This document shows positions 18,053 through 31,005 of a stretch of DNA of 43,851 bases, piece after piece (position 1 is the first letter of the stretch; every line of letters starts with the position of its first letter). The DNA is from a virus. Lineage: Duplodnaviria; Heunggongvirae; Uroviricota; Caudoviricetes. Location: the IMG/VR virus record IMGVR_UViG_2531839640_000007. One strand, given 5' to 3'. A program made the position numbers and the translations under genes. The notes below the pieces were generated by a model. It was not told where the DNA came from, did no database searches, and was given only the letters and a program-made list of their open reading frames with translations.

Positions 18053-18486
18053 GCAGAGTAACTGCGATTATCTTCGCTCTGGTTATCTGCATCATCGTCT
18101 GCCTGTCATGGGCTGTTAATCATTACCGTGATAACGCCATGACCTACAAAGAACAGCGCGACAAAGCCACATCCATCATCGCTGACATGCAGAAGCGTCA
18201 ACGTGACGTAGCAGAACTCGATGCCAGATATACAAAGGAACTTGCTGATGCTAACGCGACTATCGAAAGTCTCCGTGATGATGTTTCTGCTGGGCGTAAG
18301 CGGCTGCAAGTCGCCGCCTCCTGTGCAAAGTCAAAGACCGGAGCCAGCAGCATGGGCGATGGAGAAAGCCCAAGACTTACAGCAGATGCTGAACTCAATT
18401 ATTACCGTCTCCGAAGTGGAATCGACAGGATAACCGCGCAGGTTAACTACCTGCAGGAGTACATCAGGACGCAATGTCTGAAATAA
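18049..18486 (+). CDS. Rz: Rz i-spanin, about 145 aa
   Basis: N-terminal TM helix, coiled-coil body; overlaps endolysin stop; contains embedded Rz1. Confidence 0.85.
18248..18433 (+). CDS. Rz1: Rz1 o-spanin lipoprotein embedded in +1 frame within Rz, about 61 aa
   Basis: Lipobox LLGVSGC followed by Pro-rich segment; entirely within Rz in alternate frame. Confidence 0.8.
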   Translation: MLTRLSKVSVMMFLLGVSGCKSPPPVQSQRPEPAAWAMEKAQDLQQMLNSIITVSEVESTG

Positions 18487-18548
18487 TTTTTTTGCAAATC
18501 ACAAAGTCCATTTAATGAGCCTCGCGATGCGGGGCTTTTTTGCAATAA

Positions 18549-18575
18549 ATGCGTACCGCAACGCATGTTTTTTTT
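18549..18575 (+). terminator. Rho-independent terminator ATGCGT-accgca-ACGCAT then T9 after the lysis cassette
   Basis: Perfect 6-bp stem and 9-nt T-run. Confidence 0.7.
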
Positions 18576-18690
18576 ACACCGAACCTGCCCCTTTGGAATG
18601 GGCCTTTGAGGATACCAGTTAGTGCTGGCGAGCCTCGGTGGGCTGGTTTCCTGTGCGGCAAAGGTTCATTTCAAATGGTAGGTAAACGTT

Positions 18691-19212
18691 ATGAATATCG
18701 TGCCACTTAATTACAAAGGTGAAATTGTCAGTTTCAACACTGATGGTTGGATCAACGTCACAGGTGTTGCTGAGAGATTTGGGAAACGCATTGATAACTG
18801 GATGCGTTTGGCAGAAACGCTTGAATACGTTCGTGCTTTAGACGAAGCGTTGACCGGGAAAGAATCTCAAATTTTACATCCCTCACAATCGAGGTATGTA
18901 AAAACCAGCAAGGCACGAAAGGACAGGGGTGGTGGTACGTGGCTACATCCAAAACTTTCAGTTGCATTTGCCCGTTGGTGTGATGCTCGTTTTGCTGTGT
19001 GGTGCGACCTGCACATTGATAGTCTGCTTCGCGGTGAACTGACTGAGCAGCAGAAATATGAGCAAGCATGTCGCATTCGCGATGACCGGAAATCAAAAGC
19101 CAGCAATGGGGCAAGAGAGATGGCTCGCTGGCGATGGGATAAGCCGGTTATTGAAGCAAATGTTGAGTACTGGCGCGAGCAACTGCAGTTGACTCTCGAT
19201 ATCGCGTGCTGA
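18691..19212 (+). CDS. KilA-N domain protein, 173 aa
   Basis: N-terminal DGWINVTGVAERFGKRIDNWMRLAETLEYVRALDEAL resembles KilA-N/APSES fold; C-terminal half uncharacterised. Confidence 0.55.
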   Translation: MNIVPLNYKGEIVSFNTDGWINVTGVAERFGKRIDNWMRLAETLEYVRALDEALTGKESQILHPSQSRYVKTSKARKDRGGGTWLHPKLSVAFARWCDARFAVWCDLHIDSLLRGELTEQQKYEQACRIRDDRKSKASNGAREMARWRWDKPVIEANVEYWREQLQLTLDIAC

Positions 19213-19561
19213 TGGCAAACGCAAAACTGCGTTATCGAAAAAATCAAAGCATTACTAGAACTGAGCAACGGCTATCCATTACAAAGCCCATCTACGGGTG
19301 GGCTTGATAATGGCTTATACCCTGCACGGGATAACTTAACTGATATCCCTTTTAACGGATAAAGGCATTCAAGCCTGACACATCATGCGCTGTATCGTCG
19401 CCGTATTCCCGTATTAACAGAGACCGTAGCCCGACGGGGAACTCCTTCTGCGCGAGTGTGCGGGAATAATCAAAAACGATGCACACCGGGGTTACCGGGT
19501 ACACATATTTCATCATGCCAGCGAGTCCGGTTCTGGCACGGAAGAAACCGGACGTTATGAT

Positions 19562-19987
19562 TTAGTGCGGAAATATTTGTGTAGTGTTCTGAATGTTCTC
19601 AGTAAAGAGTAATGAATTATCAAAGGTATAGTAATACCTTTTGTTTTCGTGGATATTTGTAATCCATCTGAAAACCCCTGCTGTAGCAAGATTTTTCCTG
19701 TATTCGTAAAATGATAACTCTCCTGATTTGAATCCTTTTAAGGTGGCTTCTATAAGGCATTTATTTTTTGAAAATCTTACATTTACAACCTTACCCTGTC
19801 CTTTTATTAAAACCGTATTATCGTTTTCAAGAACAAGATGAATATTCTCTGTAGCTAAATAGTAAATGTAATGTGAGACATTGTGACGTTTTAGTTCAGA
19901 ATAAAACCAGTGATAGTTTAAATTATTTCGCACTTTATCGAATATTTGTTTAAAAATGGCAACCTGAGCCATTGTAGTACCTTCCAT
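19562..19987 (-). CDS. DUF1398-family protein (YbcV/YdfO-like), about 136-141 aa, AT-rich
   Basis: Sequence recalled as YbcV/YdfO family ([37 protein letters not shown]...); start codon uncertain. Confidence 0.65.
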   Translation of the reverse strand: MEGTTMAQVAIFKQIFDKVRNNLNYHWFYSELKRHNVSHYIYYLATENIHLVLENDNTVLIKGQGKVVNVRFSKNKCLIEATLKGFKSGELSFYEYRKNLATAGVFRWITNIHENKRYYYTFDNSLLFTENIQNTTQIFPH

Positions 19988-20028
19988 GTGATATGAGGGG
20001 CGTAGTCTGCACGATTATCTAAATTGCT

Positions 20029-20262
20029 TCAATCTGGTCTGATCTGTTTTCTGAGCAATTCAGTAATGTCACTCTTTTCTTTGTTTGCTTCAGGAGAAAC
20101 TCTTTTTTCTGAGCACAGTCTCCGGCGGCAGGCTTCAATGACCCAGGCTGAGAAATTCCCGGACCCTTTTTGATCAAGAGCGATGTTAATTTGTTCAATC
20201 ATTTGGTTAGGAAAGCGGATGTTGCGGATTGTTGTTCTGCGGGTTCTGTTCTTCGTTGACAT
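20029..20262 (-). CDS. YlcI/YnfO-like small protein, 77 aa, with probable ribbon-helix-helix fold
   Basis: TIRNIRFPNQMIEQINIALDQKGSGNFSAWVIEACRRRL resembles RHH DNA-binding motif; upstream and co-oriented with DUF1398 gene. Confidence 0.55.
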   Translation of the reverse strand: MSTKNRTRRTTIRNIRFPNQMIEQINIALDQKGSGNFSAWVIEACRRRLCSEKRVSPEANKEKSDITELLRKQIRPD

Positions 20263-20449
20263 GAGGTTGTCCCGTATTTAGTGTCGCTGATTTGTATTGT
20301 CTGAAGTTGTTTTTACGTTAAGTTGATGCAGATCAATTAATATGATACCTGCGTCATAATTGATTATTTGACGTGGTTTGATGGCGTAGATGCACGTTGT
20401 GACATGCAGATGATAATTATTATCATTTTGCGGGTCCTTTCCGGCGATC

Positions 20450-20473
20450 CGACAGGTTACGGGGCGGCGACCT
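20450..20473. other. cos: cos site: lambda right-end sequence ...CGACAGGTTACG joined to 12-nt cohesive end GGGCGGCGACCT
   Basis: Exact lambda cohesive-end sequence at 20462-20473 followed by lambda left-arm leader to Nu1. Confidence 0.9.
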
Positions 20474-20650
20474 CGCGGGTTTTCGCTATTTATGAAAATT
20501 TTCCGGTTTAAGGCGTTTCCGTTCTTCTTCGTCATAACTTAATGTTTTTATTTAAAATACCCTCTGAAAAGAAAGGAAGCGACAGGTGCTGAAAGCGAGC
20601 TTTTTGGCCTCTGTCGTTTCCTTTCTCTGTTTTTGTCCGTGGAATGAACA

Positions 20651-21170
20651 ATGGAAGTCAACAAAAAGCAGCTGGCTGACATTTTCGGTGCGAGTATCCG
20701 TACCATTCAGAACTGGCAGGAACAGGGAATGCCCGTTCTGCGAGGCGGTGGCAAGGGTAATGAGGTGCTTTATGACTCTGCCGCCGTCATAAAATGGTAT
20801 GCCGAAAGGGATGCTGAAATTGAGAACGAAAAGCTGCGCCGGGAGGTTGAAGAACTGCGGCAGGCCAGCGAGGCAGATCTCCAGCCAGGAACTATTGAGT
20901 ACGAACGCCATCGACTTACGCGTGCGCAGGCCGACGCACAGGAACTGAAGAATGCCAGAGACTCCGCTGAAGTGGTGGAAACCGCATTCTGTACTTTCGT
21001 GTTGTCGCGGATCGCAGGTGAAATTGCCAGTATTCTCGACGGGCTCCCCCTGTCGGTGCAGCGGCGTTTTCCGGAACTGGAAAACCGACATGTTGATTTC
21101 CTGAAACGGGATATTATCAAAGCCATGAACAAAGCAGCCGCGCTGGATGAACTGATACCGGGGTTGCTGA

Positions 21171-21196
<26 letters not shown>
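20651..21196 (+). CDS. nu1: Terminase small subunit Nu1, 181 aa
   Basis: Protein recognised as lambda Nu1 (MEVNKKQLADIFGASIRTIQNWQEQGMPVLRGGGKGNEVLYD...). Confidence 0.97.
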
Positions 21197-24876
<3,680 letters not shown>

Positions 24877-24896
<20 letters not shown>

Positions 24897-26196
24897 TCTC
24901 CCGCATATTGCCAGTATGGCCTTTAATGAGCCGCTGATGCTTGAACCCGCCTATGCGCGGGTTTTCTTTTGTGCGCTTGCAGGCCAGCTTGGGATCAGCC
25001 GCCTGGCGGATGCGGTGTCCGGCGACAGCCTGACTGCCGGAGAGGCACCCGCGGCGCTGGCGTTATCCGTTGATGATGACGGACCACGACAGGCCCGCAG
25101 TTATCAGGTCATGAACGGCATCGCCGTGCTGCCGGTGTCCGGCACGCTGGTCAGCCGGACGCGGGCGCTGCAGCCGTATTCGGGGATGACCGGTTACAAC
25201 GGCATTATCGCCCGTCTGCAACAGGCTGCCAGCGATCCGATTGTGGACGGCATTCTGCTGGATATGGACACACCGGGCGGGATGGTGGCGGGAGCATTTG
25301 ACTGTGCTGACATCATCGCCCGTGTGCGAGACATAAAACCGGTATGGGCGCTGGCCAACGACATGAACTGCAGTGCAGGTCAGCTGCTTGCCAGCGCCGC
25401 CTCCCGGCGTCTGGTCACGCAGACCGCCCGGACAGGCTCCATCGGCGTCATGATGGCTCACAGTAATTACGGTGCTGCGCTGGAGAAACAGGGCGTGGAA
25501 ATCACGCTGATTTACAGCGGCAGCCATAAGGTGGATGGCAACCCCTACAGCCATCTACCGGATGATGTCCGGGAAACACTGCAGTCCCGGATGGATGCAA
25601 CCCGCCGGATGTTTGCACAGAAGGTGTCGGCATATACCGGCCTGTCCGTGCAGGCTGTGCTGGATACCGAGGCTGCAGTGTACAGCGGTCAGGAGGCCAT
25701 TGATGCCGGACTGGCTGATGAACTTGTGAACAGTACCGATGCGATCACCGTCATGCGTGATGCACTGGATGCACGTAAATCCCGTCTCTCAGGAGGGCGA
25801 ATGACCAAAGAGACTCAATCAACAACTGTTTCAGCCACTGCTTCGCAGGCTGACGTTACTGGCGTGGTGCAAGCGACGGAGGGCGAGAACGCCAGCGCTG
25901 CGCAGCCGGACGTGAACGCGCAGATCACCGCAGCGGTTGCGGCAGAAAACAGTCGCATTATGGGGATCCTCAACTGTGAGGAGGCTCACGGACGCGAAGA
26001 ACAGGCATGCGTGCTGGCCGAAACCCCCGGTATGACCGTGGAAACGGCCCGCCGTATTCTGGCCGCAGCACCACAGAGTGCACAGGCGCGCAGTGACACT
26101 GCGCTGGATCGTCTGATGCAGGGGGCACCGGCACCGCTGGCTGCAGGTAACCCGGCATCTGATGCCGTTAACGATTTGCTGAACACACCAGTGTAA
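24877..26196 (+). CDS. C: Head maturation protease C (GTG start), 439 aa
   Basis: Recognised lambda C beginning VTAELRNLPHIASMAFNEPLMLEP. Confidence 0.93.
25591..26196 (+). CDS. nu3: Scaffolding protein Nu3, in-frame internal start within C
   Basis: Internal ATG (MDATRRMFAQKV...) in C frame at the position expected from lambda organisation. Confidence 0.7.
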   Translation: MDATRRMFAQKVSAYTGLSVQAVLDTEAAVYSGQEAIDAGLADELVNSTDAITVMRDALDARKSRLSGGRMTKETQSTTVSATASQADVTGVVQATEGENASAAQPDVNAQITAAVAAENSRIMGILNCEEAHGREEQACVLAETPGMTVETARRILAAAPQSAQARSDTALDRLMQGAPAPLAAGNPASDAVNDLLNTPV

Positions 26197-26205
26197 GGGA
26201 TGTTT

Positions 26206-26538
26206 ATGACGAGCAAAGAAACCTTTACCCATTACCAGCCGCTGGGCAACAGTGACCCGGCTCATACCGCAACCGCGCCCGGCGGGTTGAGTGCGAAAGC
26301 GCCTGCAATGACCCCGCTGATGCTGGACACCTCCACCCGTAAGCTGGTTGCGTGGGATGGCACCACCGACGGTGCTGCCGTTGGCATTCTTGCAGTTGCT
26401 GCTGACCAGACCAGCACCACACTGACGTTCTACAAGTCCGGCACGTTCCGTTATGAGGATGTGCTCTGGCCGGAGGCTGCCAGCGACGAGACGAAAAAAC
26501 GGACCGCGTTTGCCGGAACGGCAATCAGCATCGTTTAA
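26206..26538 (+). CDS. D: Head decoration protein D, 110 aa
   Basis: Recognised lambda D ([27 protein letters not shown]...). Confidence 0.96.
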   Translation: MTSKETFTHYQPLGNSDPAHTATAPGGLSAKAPAMTPLMLDTSTRKLVAWDGTTDGAAVGILAVAADQTSTTLTFYKSGTFRYEDVLWPEAASDETKKRTAFAGTAISIV

Positions 26539-26593
26539 CCTGACCCTTCATCACTAAAGGCCGCCTGTGCGGCTTTTTTTACGGGATTTTTTT

Positions 26594-27619
26594 ATGTCGA
26601 TGTACACAACCGCCCAGCTGCTGGCGGCAAATGAGCAGAAATTTAAGTTTGATCCGCTGTTTCTGCGTCTCTTTTTCCGTGAGAGCTATCCCTTCACCAC
26701 GGAGAAAGTCTATCTCTCACAAATTCCTGGACTGGTAAACATGGCGCTGTACGTTTCGCCAATTGTTTCCGGTGAGGTTATCCGTTCCCGTGGCGGCTCC
26801 ACCTCTGAATTTACGCCGGGTTATGTCAAGCCGAAGCATGAGGTGAATCCGCAGATGACCCTGCGTCGCCTGCCGGATGAAGATCCGCAGAATCTGGCGG
26901 ACCCGGCTTACCGCCGCCGTCGCATCATCCTGCAGAACATGCGTGACGAAGAGCTGGCCATTGCTCAGGTCGAAGAGATGCAGGCAGTTTCTGCCGTGCT
27001 CAAGGGCAAATACACCATGACCGGTGAAGCCTTCGATCCGGTTGAGGTGGATATGGGCCGCAGTGCGGCGAACAACATCACGCAGTCCGGCGGCACGGAG
27101 TGGAGCAAGCGTGACAAGTCCACGTATGACCCGACCGACGATATCGAAGCCTACGCGCTGAACGCCAGCGGCGTGGTGAATATCATCGTGTTTGATCCGA
27201 AAGGCTGGGCGCTGTTCCGTTCCTTCAAAGCCGTCAAGGAGAAGCTGGATACCCGTCGCGGCTCTAATTCCGAGCTGGAGACAGCGGTAAAAGACCTGGG
27301 CGAAGCGGTGTCCTATAAGGGGATGTATGGCGATACGGCGATCGTCGTGTATTCCGGACAGTACGTGGAAAACGACGTCAAAAAGAACTTCCTGCCGGAC
27401 AACACGATGGTGCTGGGGAACACTCAGGCACGCGGTCTGCGCACCTATGGCTGCATTCAGGATGCGGACGCACAGCGCGAAGGTATTAACGCCTCTGCCC
27501 GCTACCCGAAAAACTGGGTGACCACCGGCGATCCGGCGCGTGAGTTCACCATGATTCAGTCAGCACCGCTGATGCTGCTGGCTGACCCTGATGCGTTCGT
27601 GTCCGTACAACTGGCGTAA
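26594..27619 (+). CDS. E: Major capsid protein E, 341 aa
   Basis: Recognised lambda E (MSMYTTAQLLAANEQKFKFDPLFLRLFFRESYPF...). Confidence 0.97.
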   Translation: MSMYTTAQLLAANEQKFKFDPLFLRLFFRESYPFTTEKVYLSQIPGLVNMALYVSPIVSGEVIRSRGGSTSEFTPGYVKPKHEVNPQMTLRRLPDEDPQNLADPAYRRRRIILQNMRDEELAIAQVEEMQAVSAVLKGKYTMTGEAFDPVEVDMGRSAANNITQSGGTEWSKRDKSTYDPTDDIEAYALNASGVVNIIVFDPKGWALFRSFKAVKEKLDTRRGSNSELETAVKDLGEAVSYKGMYGDTAIVVYSGQYVENDVKKNFLPDNTMVLGNTQARGLRTYGCIQDADAQREGINASARYPKNWVTTGDPAREFTMIQSAPLMLLADPDAFVSVQLA

Positions 27620-27660
27620 TCATGGCCCTTCGGGGCCATTTTCTCTCTGTGGAGGAGTCT

Positions 27661-28056
27661 ATGACGAAAGATGAACTGATTGCCCGTCTTCAGGTGCTGG
27701 GTGAGCAACTGAACCGTGATGTCAGCCTGACGGGGACGAAAGAAGAACTGGTGCTCCGTGTGGCAGAGCTGGAAGAGGAGCTTGATGACACGGATGACGC
27801 TGCCGGTCAGGACACATCTGTCAGCCCGGAAAATGCGCTGACCGGACATGAAAATGAGGTGGTATCAGCGCAGCCGGATACCGTGATTGATACGGCTGCT
27901 CTGGTCACGGTCGTGGCACTGGTGACGCTGCATACTGATGCACTTCACGCCACGCGGGATGAGCCTGTGGCATTTGTGCTGCCGGGAACGGCGTTTCGTG
28001 TCTCTGCCGGTGTGGCAGCCGAAATGACAGAACATGGCCTGGCCAGAATGCAATAA
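27661..28056 (+). CDS. FI: DNA packaging protein FI
   Basis: Recognised lambda FI (MTKDELIARLQ...). Confidence 0.93.
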   Translation: MTKDELIARLQVLGEQLNRDVSLTGTKEELVLRVAELEEELDDTDDAAGQDTSVSPENALTGHENEVVSAQPDTVIDTAALVTVVALVTLHTDALHATRDEPVAFVLPGTAFRVSAGVAAEMTEHGLARMQ

Positions 28057-28067
28057 CGGGAGGCGCT

Positions 28068-28421
28068 GTGGCTGATTCCGATAACCTGTTCGATGCTGCC
28101 ATTGCCCGCGCCGATGAAACGATACGCGGGTACATGGGAACGTCAGCCACCATGACATCCGGTGAGCTGTCCGGTGCTGTGATACGTGGTGTTTTTGATG
28201 ACCCTGAAAATATCAGCTATGCCGGACAGGGGGTGCGCGTTGAAGGCTCCAGCCCGTCCCTGTTTGTCCGGACTGATGATGTGCGGCAGCTGCGGCGTGG
28301 AGACACACTGACCATCGGCGAGGAAAACTTCTGGGTGGACCGGATTTCGCCGGATGATGGCGGAAGCTGTCATCTCTGGCTTGGGCGTGGCGTGCCGCCT
28401 GCCGTTAACCGTCGCCGCTGA
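28068..28421 (+). CDS. FII: Head-tail connector protein FII, 117 aa
   Basis: Recognised lambda FII. Confidence 0.95.
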   Translation: MADSDNLFDAAIARADETIRGYMGTSATMTSGELSGAVIRGVFDDPENISYAGQGVRVEGSSPSLFVRTDDVRQLRRGDTLTIGEENFWVDRISPDDGGSCHLWLGRGVPPAVNRRR

Positions 28422-28432
28422 AAGGGGGATGT

Positions 28433-29011
28433 ATGGCCATAAAAGGTCTTGAGCAGGCCGTTGAAAACCTCAGCCGTATCAGCAAAACGGCGGTGCCTGG
28501 TGCCGCCGCAATGGCCATTAACCGCGTTGCGTCATCCGCGATATCGCAGTCTGCGTCACAGGTTGCCCGTGAGACAAAGGTACGCCGGAAACTGGTAAAG
28601 GAAAGGGCCAGGCTGAAAAGGGCCACGGTCAAAAATCCGCAGGCCAGAATCAGGGTTAACCGGGGGGATTTGCCCGTAATCAAGCTGGGTAACGCGCGGG
28701 TTGTCCTTTCCCGCCGCAGACGTCGTAAAAAGGGGCAGCGTTCATCCCTGAAAGGTGGCGGCAGCGTGCTTGTGGTGGGAAACCGTCGTATTCCCGGCGC
28801 GTTTATTCAGCAACTGAAAAATGGCCGGTGGCATGTCATGCAGCGTGTGGCCGGGAAAAACCGTTACCCCATTGATGTGGTGAAAATCCCGATGGCGGTG
28901 CCGCTTACCACGGCGTTTAAACAGAATATTGAACGGATACGGCGTGAACGTCTTCCGAAAGAGCTGGGCTATGCGCTGCAGCATCAACTGAGAATGGTAA
29001 TAAAGCGATGA
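28433..29011 (+). CDS. Z: Tail completion protein Z, 192 aa
   Basis: Recognised lambda Z. Confidence 0.95.
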   Translation: MAIKGLEQAVENLSRISKTAVPGAAAMAINRVASSAISQSASQVARETKVRRKLVKERARLKRATVKNPQARIRVNRGDLPVIKLGNARVVLSRRRRRKKGQRSSLKGGGSVLVVGNRRIPGAFIQQLKNGRWHVMQRVAGKNRYPIDVVKIPMAVPLTTAFKQNIERIRRERLPKELGYALQHQLRMVIKR

Positions 29012-29403
29012 AACATACTGAACTCCGTGCAGCCGTACTGGATGCACTGGAGAAGCATGACACCGGGGCGACGCTTTTTGATGGTCGCCCCGCTGTTTTT
29101 GATGAGGCGGATTTTCCGGCAATTGCCGTTTATCTCACCGGCGCTGAATACACGGGCGAAGAGCTGGACAGTGATACCTGGCAGGCGGAGCTGCATATTG
29201 AAGTTTTCCTGCCTGCTCAGGTGCCGGATTCAGAGCTGGATTCGTGGATGGAGTCCCGGATTTATCCGGTGATGAGCGATGTCCCGGCACTGTCAGATTT
29301 GATCACCAGTATGGTGGCCAGTGGCTATGACTACCGGCGCGACGATGATGCGGGCCTGTGGAGTTCAGCCGATCTGACTTATGTCATTACCTATGAAATG
29401 TGA
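29008..29403 (+). CDS. U: Tail terminator protein U, 131 aa
   Basis: Recognised lambda U. Confidence 0.95.
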   Translation: MKHTELRAAVLDALEKHDTGATLFDGRPAVFDEADFPAIAVYLTGAEYTGEELDSDTWQAELHIEVFLPAQVPDSELDSWMESRIYPVMSDVPALSDLITSMVASGYDYRRDDDAGLWSSADLTYVITYEM

Positions 29404-29410
29404 GGACGAT

Positions 29411-30151
29411 ATGCCTGTACCAAATCCAATAATGCCGGTGAAAGGGGCCGGGACCACACTGTGGGTTTATAAGGGGAACGGTGACCCTTATGCGAACCCG
29501 CTTTCAGACGTTGACTGGTCGCGTCTGGCTAAAGTTAAAGACCTGACGCCCGGCGAACTGACCGCTGAGTCCTATGACGACAGCTATCTCGATGATGAAG
29601 ATGCGGACTGGACTGCGACCGGGCAGGGGCAGAAATCTGCCGGAGATACCAGCTTCACGCTGGCGTGGATGCCCGGAGAGCAGGGGCAGCAGGCGCTGCT
29701 GGCGTGGTTTAATGAAGGGGATACCCGTGCCTATAAAATCCGCTTCCCGAACGGCACGGTCGATGTGTTCCGCGGCTGGGTCAGCAGTATCGGTAAGGCG
29801 GTGACGGCGAAGGAAGTGATCACCCGCACGGTGAAAGTCACCAACGTGGGACGTCCGTCGATGGCAGAAGATCGCAGCACGGTAACAGCGGCAACCGGCA
29901 TGACCGTGACGCCTGCCAGCACTTCGGTGGTGAAAGGGCAGAGCACCACGCTGACCGTGGCATTCCAGCCGGAAGGCGCAACCGACAAGAGTTTCCGTGC
30001 GGTGTCTGCGGATAAAACAAAAGCCACCGTGTCGGTCAGTGGTATGACCATCACCGTGAAAGGTGTTGCTGCAGGCAAGGTCAACATTCCGGTTGTATCC
30101 GGTAATGGTGAACTTGCTGTGGTTGCAGAAATCACCGTCACCGACAGTTAA
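29411..30151 (+). CDS. V: Major tail tube protein V, 246 aa
   Basis: Recognised lambda V ([22 protein letters not shown]...). Confidence 0.96.
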   Translation: MPVPNPIMPVKGAGTTLWVYKGNGDPYANPLSDVDWSRLAKVKDLTPGELTAESYDDSYLDDEDADWTATGQGQKSAGDTSFTLAWMPGEQGQQALLAWFNEGDTRAYKIRFPNGTVDVFRGWVSSIGKAVTAKEVITRTVKVTNVGRPSMAEDRSTVTAATGMTVTPASTSVVKGQSTTLTVAFQPEGATDKSFRAVSADKTKATVSVSGMTITVKGVAAGKVNIPVVSGNGELAVVAEITVTDS

Positions 30152-30166
30152 TCCGGAGAGTCAGCG

Positions 30167-30589
30167 ATGTTCCTGAAAACCGAATCATTTGAATATAACG
30201 GTGTGAGCGTCACGCTTTCTGAACTGTCAGCCCTGCAGCGAATTGAGCATCTCGCCCAGCTGAAACGACAGGCAGAACAGGCGGGATCCAGTCTCAATCG
30301 ACAGGTGAGCGTGGAAGATCTCGTCAGAACCGGTGCTTTTCTGGTGGCGATGTCCCTGTGGCATAGCCATCCGCAGAAGACAAAGATGCCGTCCATGAAT
30401 GAAGCCGTTAAACAAATTGAGCAGGAAGTGCTTACCACCTGGCCCACAGAGGCAATTGCTCAGGCTGAAAATGTGGTAATGCGTCTGTCCGGTATGTCTG
30501 AGTTTGTTGTGAATGATGCACCTGAACAGGCAGATGACGCCGGGCCAGCAGAGCCTGTTTCTGCGGGAAAGTGTTCGACGGTGAGCTGA
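30167..30589 (+). CDS. G: Tail assembly chaperone G, 140 aa
   Basis: Recognised lambda G; contains slippery heptamer GGGAAAG near 3-prime end. Confidence 0.95.
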   Translation: MFLKTESFEYNGVSVTLSELSALQRIEHLAQLKRQAEQAGSSLNRQVSVEDLVRTGAFLVAMSLWHSHPQKTKMPSMNEAVKQIEQEVLTTWPTEAIAQAENVVMRLSGMSEFVVNDAPEQADDAGPAEPVSAGKCSTVS

Positions 30590-31005
30590 GTTTTGCCCTG
30601 AAACTGGCGCGTGAGATGGGGCGACCCGACTGGCGCGCCATGCTTGCCGGGATGTCATCCACGGAGTATGCCGACTGGCACCGCTTTTACAGTACCCATT
30701 ATTTTCATGATGTTCTGCTGGATATGCACTTTTCCGGGCTGACGTACACCGTACTCAGCCTGTTTTTCAGCGATCCGGATATGCATCCGCTGGATTTCAG
30801 TCTGCTGAACCGGCGCGAGGCTGACGAAGAGCCTGAAGATGATGTGCTGATGCAGAAAGCGGCAGGGCTTGCCGGAGGCGTCCGCTTTGGCCCGGACGGG
30901 AATGAAGTTATCCCCGCTTCCCCGGATGTGGCGGACATGACGGAGGATGACGTAATGCTGATGACAGTATCAGAAGGGATCGCAGGAGGAGTCCGGTATG
31001 GCTGA
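30565..31005 (+). CDS. T: T portion of G-T tail assembly chaperone produced by programmed -1 ribosomal frameshift at GGGAAAG (30565-30571)
   Basis: -1 frame after slippery site reads KVFDGELSFALKLAREMG... matching lambda gpT. Confidence 0.9.
   Translation, partial: GKVFDGELSFALKLAREMGRPDWRAMLAGMSSTEYADWHRFYSTHYFHDVLLDMHFSGLTYTVLSLFFSDPDMHPLDFSLLNRREADEEPEDDVLMQKAAGLAGGVRFGPDGNEVIPASPDVADMTEDDVMLMTVSEGIAGGVRYG

Noticed and set aside
20278-20535. 85-aa minus-strand ORF spanning cos
   Set aside because: Overlaps the cohesive-end site and the AT-rich promoter region of the ylcI-like gene; no RBS and implausible composition.
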